Shown in pieces: positions 38,436-39,975 of a stretch of 39,975 nucleotides of DNA. Below the pieces are notes generated by a model. That model worked only from the letters and a program-made list of their open reading frames with translations, was not told the DNA's origin and ran no database searches. Location of the stretch: the NCBI GenBank assembly GCA_037444665.1, contig JBBILZ010000021.1, positions 1-39,975 on the forward strand, in the 5' to 3' direction. How positions within the stretch are numbered: position 1 is the stretch's first letter; every line of letters starts with the position of its first letter. The translations under genes were made by a program, and so were the position numbers. This stretch comes from a candidate division WOR-3 bacterium. GTDB lineage: Bacteria > Hydrothermota > Tepidihabitantia > SM23-42 > JAOAFX01.

Positions 38436-39496
38436 AGGTCCTACATTTAACATTTGAAAATTTCCAGGATGTGGCTGGACTCTTAAGTCGGCAACACCAA
38501 TTATATGGTGATGAGGGCGTGCTCGTTACTATGACCCATTCACGGCTTGGTTTTCCTGATGGCATTCTATTAAACTATCCATTTTTGAATTCAGATATTA
38601 TCATTAATTTACGCAAAATTTTAAAAAAGGACAATGTAAATGTCCCACCATCAGAATTAAAAATGCGGATTAAAGGTAATAATATACTGGAAAAAATTTT
38701 TTTTAATATGCGCGACCAGATATGGCTTTATCAATTGCATAAATTCTGGGACCGTTATCATTTCAATTCTTTTGACATCTATCACTTTGATGGTGGTATT
38801 CCATTTATCTATGGGGAGAGAATTCTTAAGAAATTAAAAAATAAACATATCGTTGCCCATTTTTTTGGCAGTGATTTAAGAAAATGGGGGATAAATCCTT
38901 ACTTAAAAGAGTATGCGCAATTGAAATTTACCTCTGAGGTTGACCATATAAAGATTGACCCCACACTAATATTCGTGCCCATTCCATTTGAGGCAGAAAA
39001 AATTGTTCCCAGAAAAACTGAGAATAAAATTTTAAGGGTCTGCCATTCACCAACCCGACGCACCGCAAAGGGAACTGCCGAGATAATTGAAATTGTGGAC
39101 AGATTAAGAAAAAAAATCAAATTTGAATTTGTGTTGATTGAAGGAGTCACACATAAAAAATGTATGGAAATAAAGGCAACCTGCGATATTGGAATTGACC
39201 AGATAGGCAATTATGCCGGCACTGCATATGGCCGTAGTGGCCTTGAATTCCTGGCGCTTGGCATACCGACCATTACTGAAATCCCTGAAGAATATGAATA
39301 TCTTTTACCTGACCATCCATTTATAAATGCCAGTAAAAAGAATCTTGAAGAGATTCTGTATACTGTGGTTACAGACACCGAACTACGCAACAAAAAAAGA
39401 GAACAGGGATTAAAATGGGTTAGAGAATTCCCCAATCCAAAAAGGGTAATTAAATTAATTTATACAGAATATAAACGGCTCGGCTGGATAAAATAG
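38432..39496 (+). CDS. Glycosyltransferase (GT-B/GT4-like)
   Basis: HFFGSDLR, HSPTRRTAKGT, DIGIDQI, YG..GLEFLALGIP. Confidence 0.75.
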   Translation: MKVLHLTFENFQDVAGLLSRQHQLYGDEGVLVTMTHSRLGFPDGILLNYPFLNSDIIINLRKILKKDNVNVPPSELKMRIKGNNILEKIFFNMRDQIWLYQLHKFWDRYHFNSFDIYHFDGGIPFIYGERILKKLKNKHIVAHFFGSDLRKWGINPYLKEYAQLKFTSEVDHIKIDPTLIFVPIPFEAEKIVPRKTENKILRVCHSPTRRTAKGTAEIIEIVDRLRKKIKFEFVLIEGVTHKKCMEIKATCDIGIDQIGNYAGTAYGRSGLEFLALGIPTITEIPEEYEYLLPDHPFINASKKNLEEILYTVVTDTELRNKKREQGLKWVREFPNPKRVIKLIYTEYKRLGWIK

Positions 39497-39525
39497 ATCC
39501 ACTACACTTTCGCATTACTTTTAAG

Positions 39526-39553
39526 TTGACAGCGGGTTAATTCTGAATATAAT
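39526..39553 (+). promoter_or_regulatory. sigma70-type promoter upstream of the tRNA
   Basis: TTGACA-N16-TATAAT. Confidence 0.7.
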
Positions 39554-39603
39554 TGTCCATAATTTATTAGTAGTAATTAGTAATAGTTTAGCCACGCTGC
39601 ATT

Positions 39604-39692
39604 TGTAGTTGCTTGATTTATCAAGCACAAAAAAGAGCCCGATGCTCCGTCCCGATGGGACGAGAGTCCCTTTGGGAAATTAGGCAACTACA
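39604..39692. repeat. GTAG-family REP/REPIN-like element
   Basis: Terminal inverted repeat TGTAGTTGC/GCAACTACA; internal hairpins GCTTGAT-TT-ATCAAGC and CGTCCC-GAT-GGGACG. Confidence 0.55.
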
Positions 39693-39781
39693 TTGATTTA
39701 ATTCCATTTTTTAGAATGGCTAACCTATTACAGTAATTAAGTTATAAATATAAAAACTAAAAACAACATCAGTTGCCATTT

Positions 39782-39867
39782 GCCGAGATGGCGGAACTGG
39801 GAGACGCGGCGGACTCAAAATCCGCAGTGCTGAAAGGCGCGTGGGGGTTCAACTCCCCCTCTCGGCA
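39782..39867 (+). tRNA. tRNA-Leu (anticodon CAA)
   Basis: Acceptor stem GCCGAGA/TCTCGGC+A; anticodon arm GCGGA-CTCAAAA-TCCGC; long variable arm; GGTTCAA T-loop; CCA not encoded. Confidence 0.95.
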
Positions 39868-39975
39868 TTTCTGACAGCTTATTTATATTCCTAATTTCTC
39901 CAACACTTTGACCAATTTCTGCGCTGTTCAACATGGACGGGGTCGTTGCTCATGTTCCTTTTTTTATGCGGTAAA

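Noticed and set aside
586..39435. Numerous short ORF-track entries overlapping the long genes
   Set aside because: Antisense or alternate-frame shadows of well-supported CDSs, without motifs or RBS.

Overview
AT-rich bacterial chromosomal window; gene content suggests an FCB-related diderm such as candidate phylum WOR-3 (inference only). The left half (~0.5-20.4 kb) is an accessory island. It has a divergent HTH-TPR-wHTH-BTAD regulator, then an array of secreted proteins: three S8 proteases and several beta-propeller/BNR proteins, seven ending in a T9SS-type-A/FlgD-like C-terminal domain. Inside it, block 6679-12879 stands out. Three consecutive genes each carry one in-frame stop near the 5' end (TAG 7321, TGA 10381, TGA 11451). 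The block starts with an exact 49-bp copy of the regulator promoter and ends at an exact 32-bp in-frame repeat shared with a downstream paralog. The right half is housekeeping and envelope genes: spermidine-synthase-like fusion, mnmA, iscS, purQ, bactofilin + M23, FGE-sulfatase domain, DnaJ-TPR, an atypical lpxB, epimerase, B12 radical SAM, glycosyltransferase and tRNA-Leu(CAA). Fourteen promoters read by eye have 16-bp spacers and several genes look leaderless. All calls come from motif reading; no searches were run.
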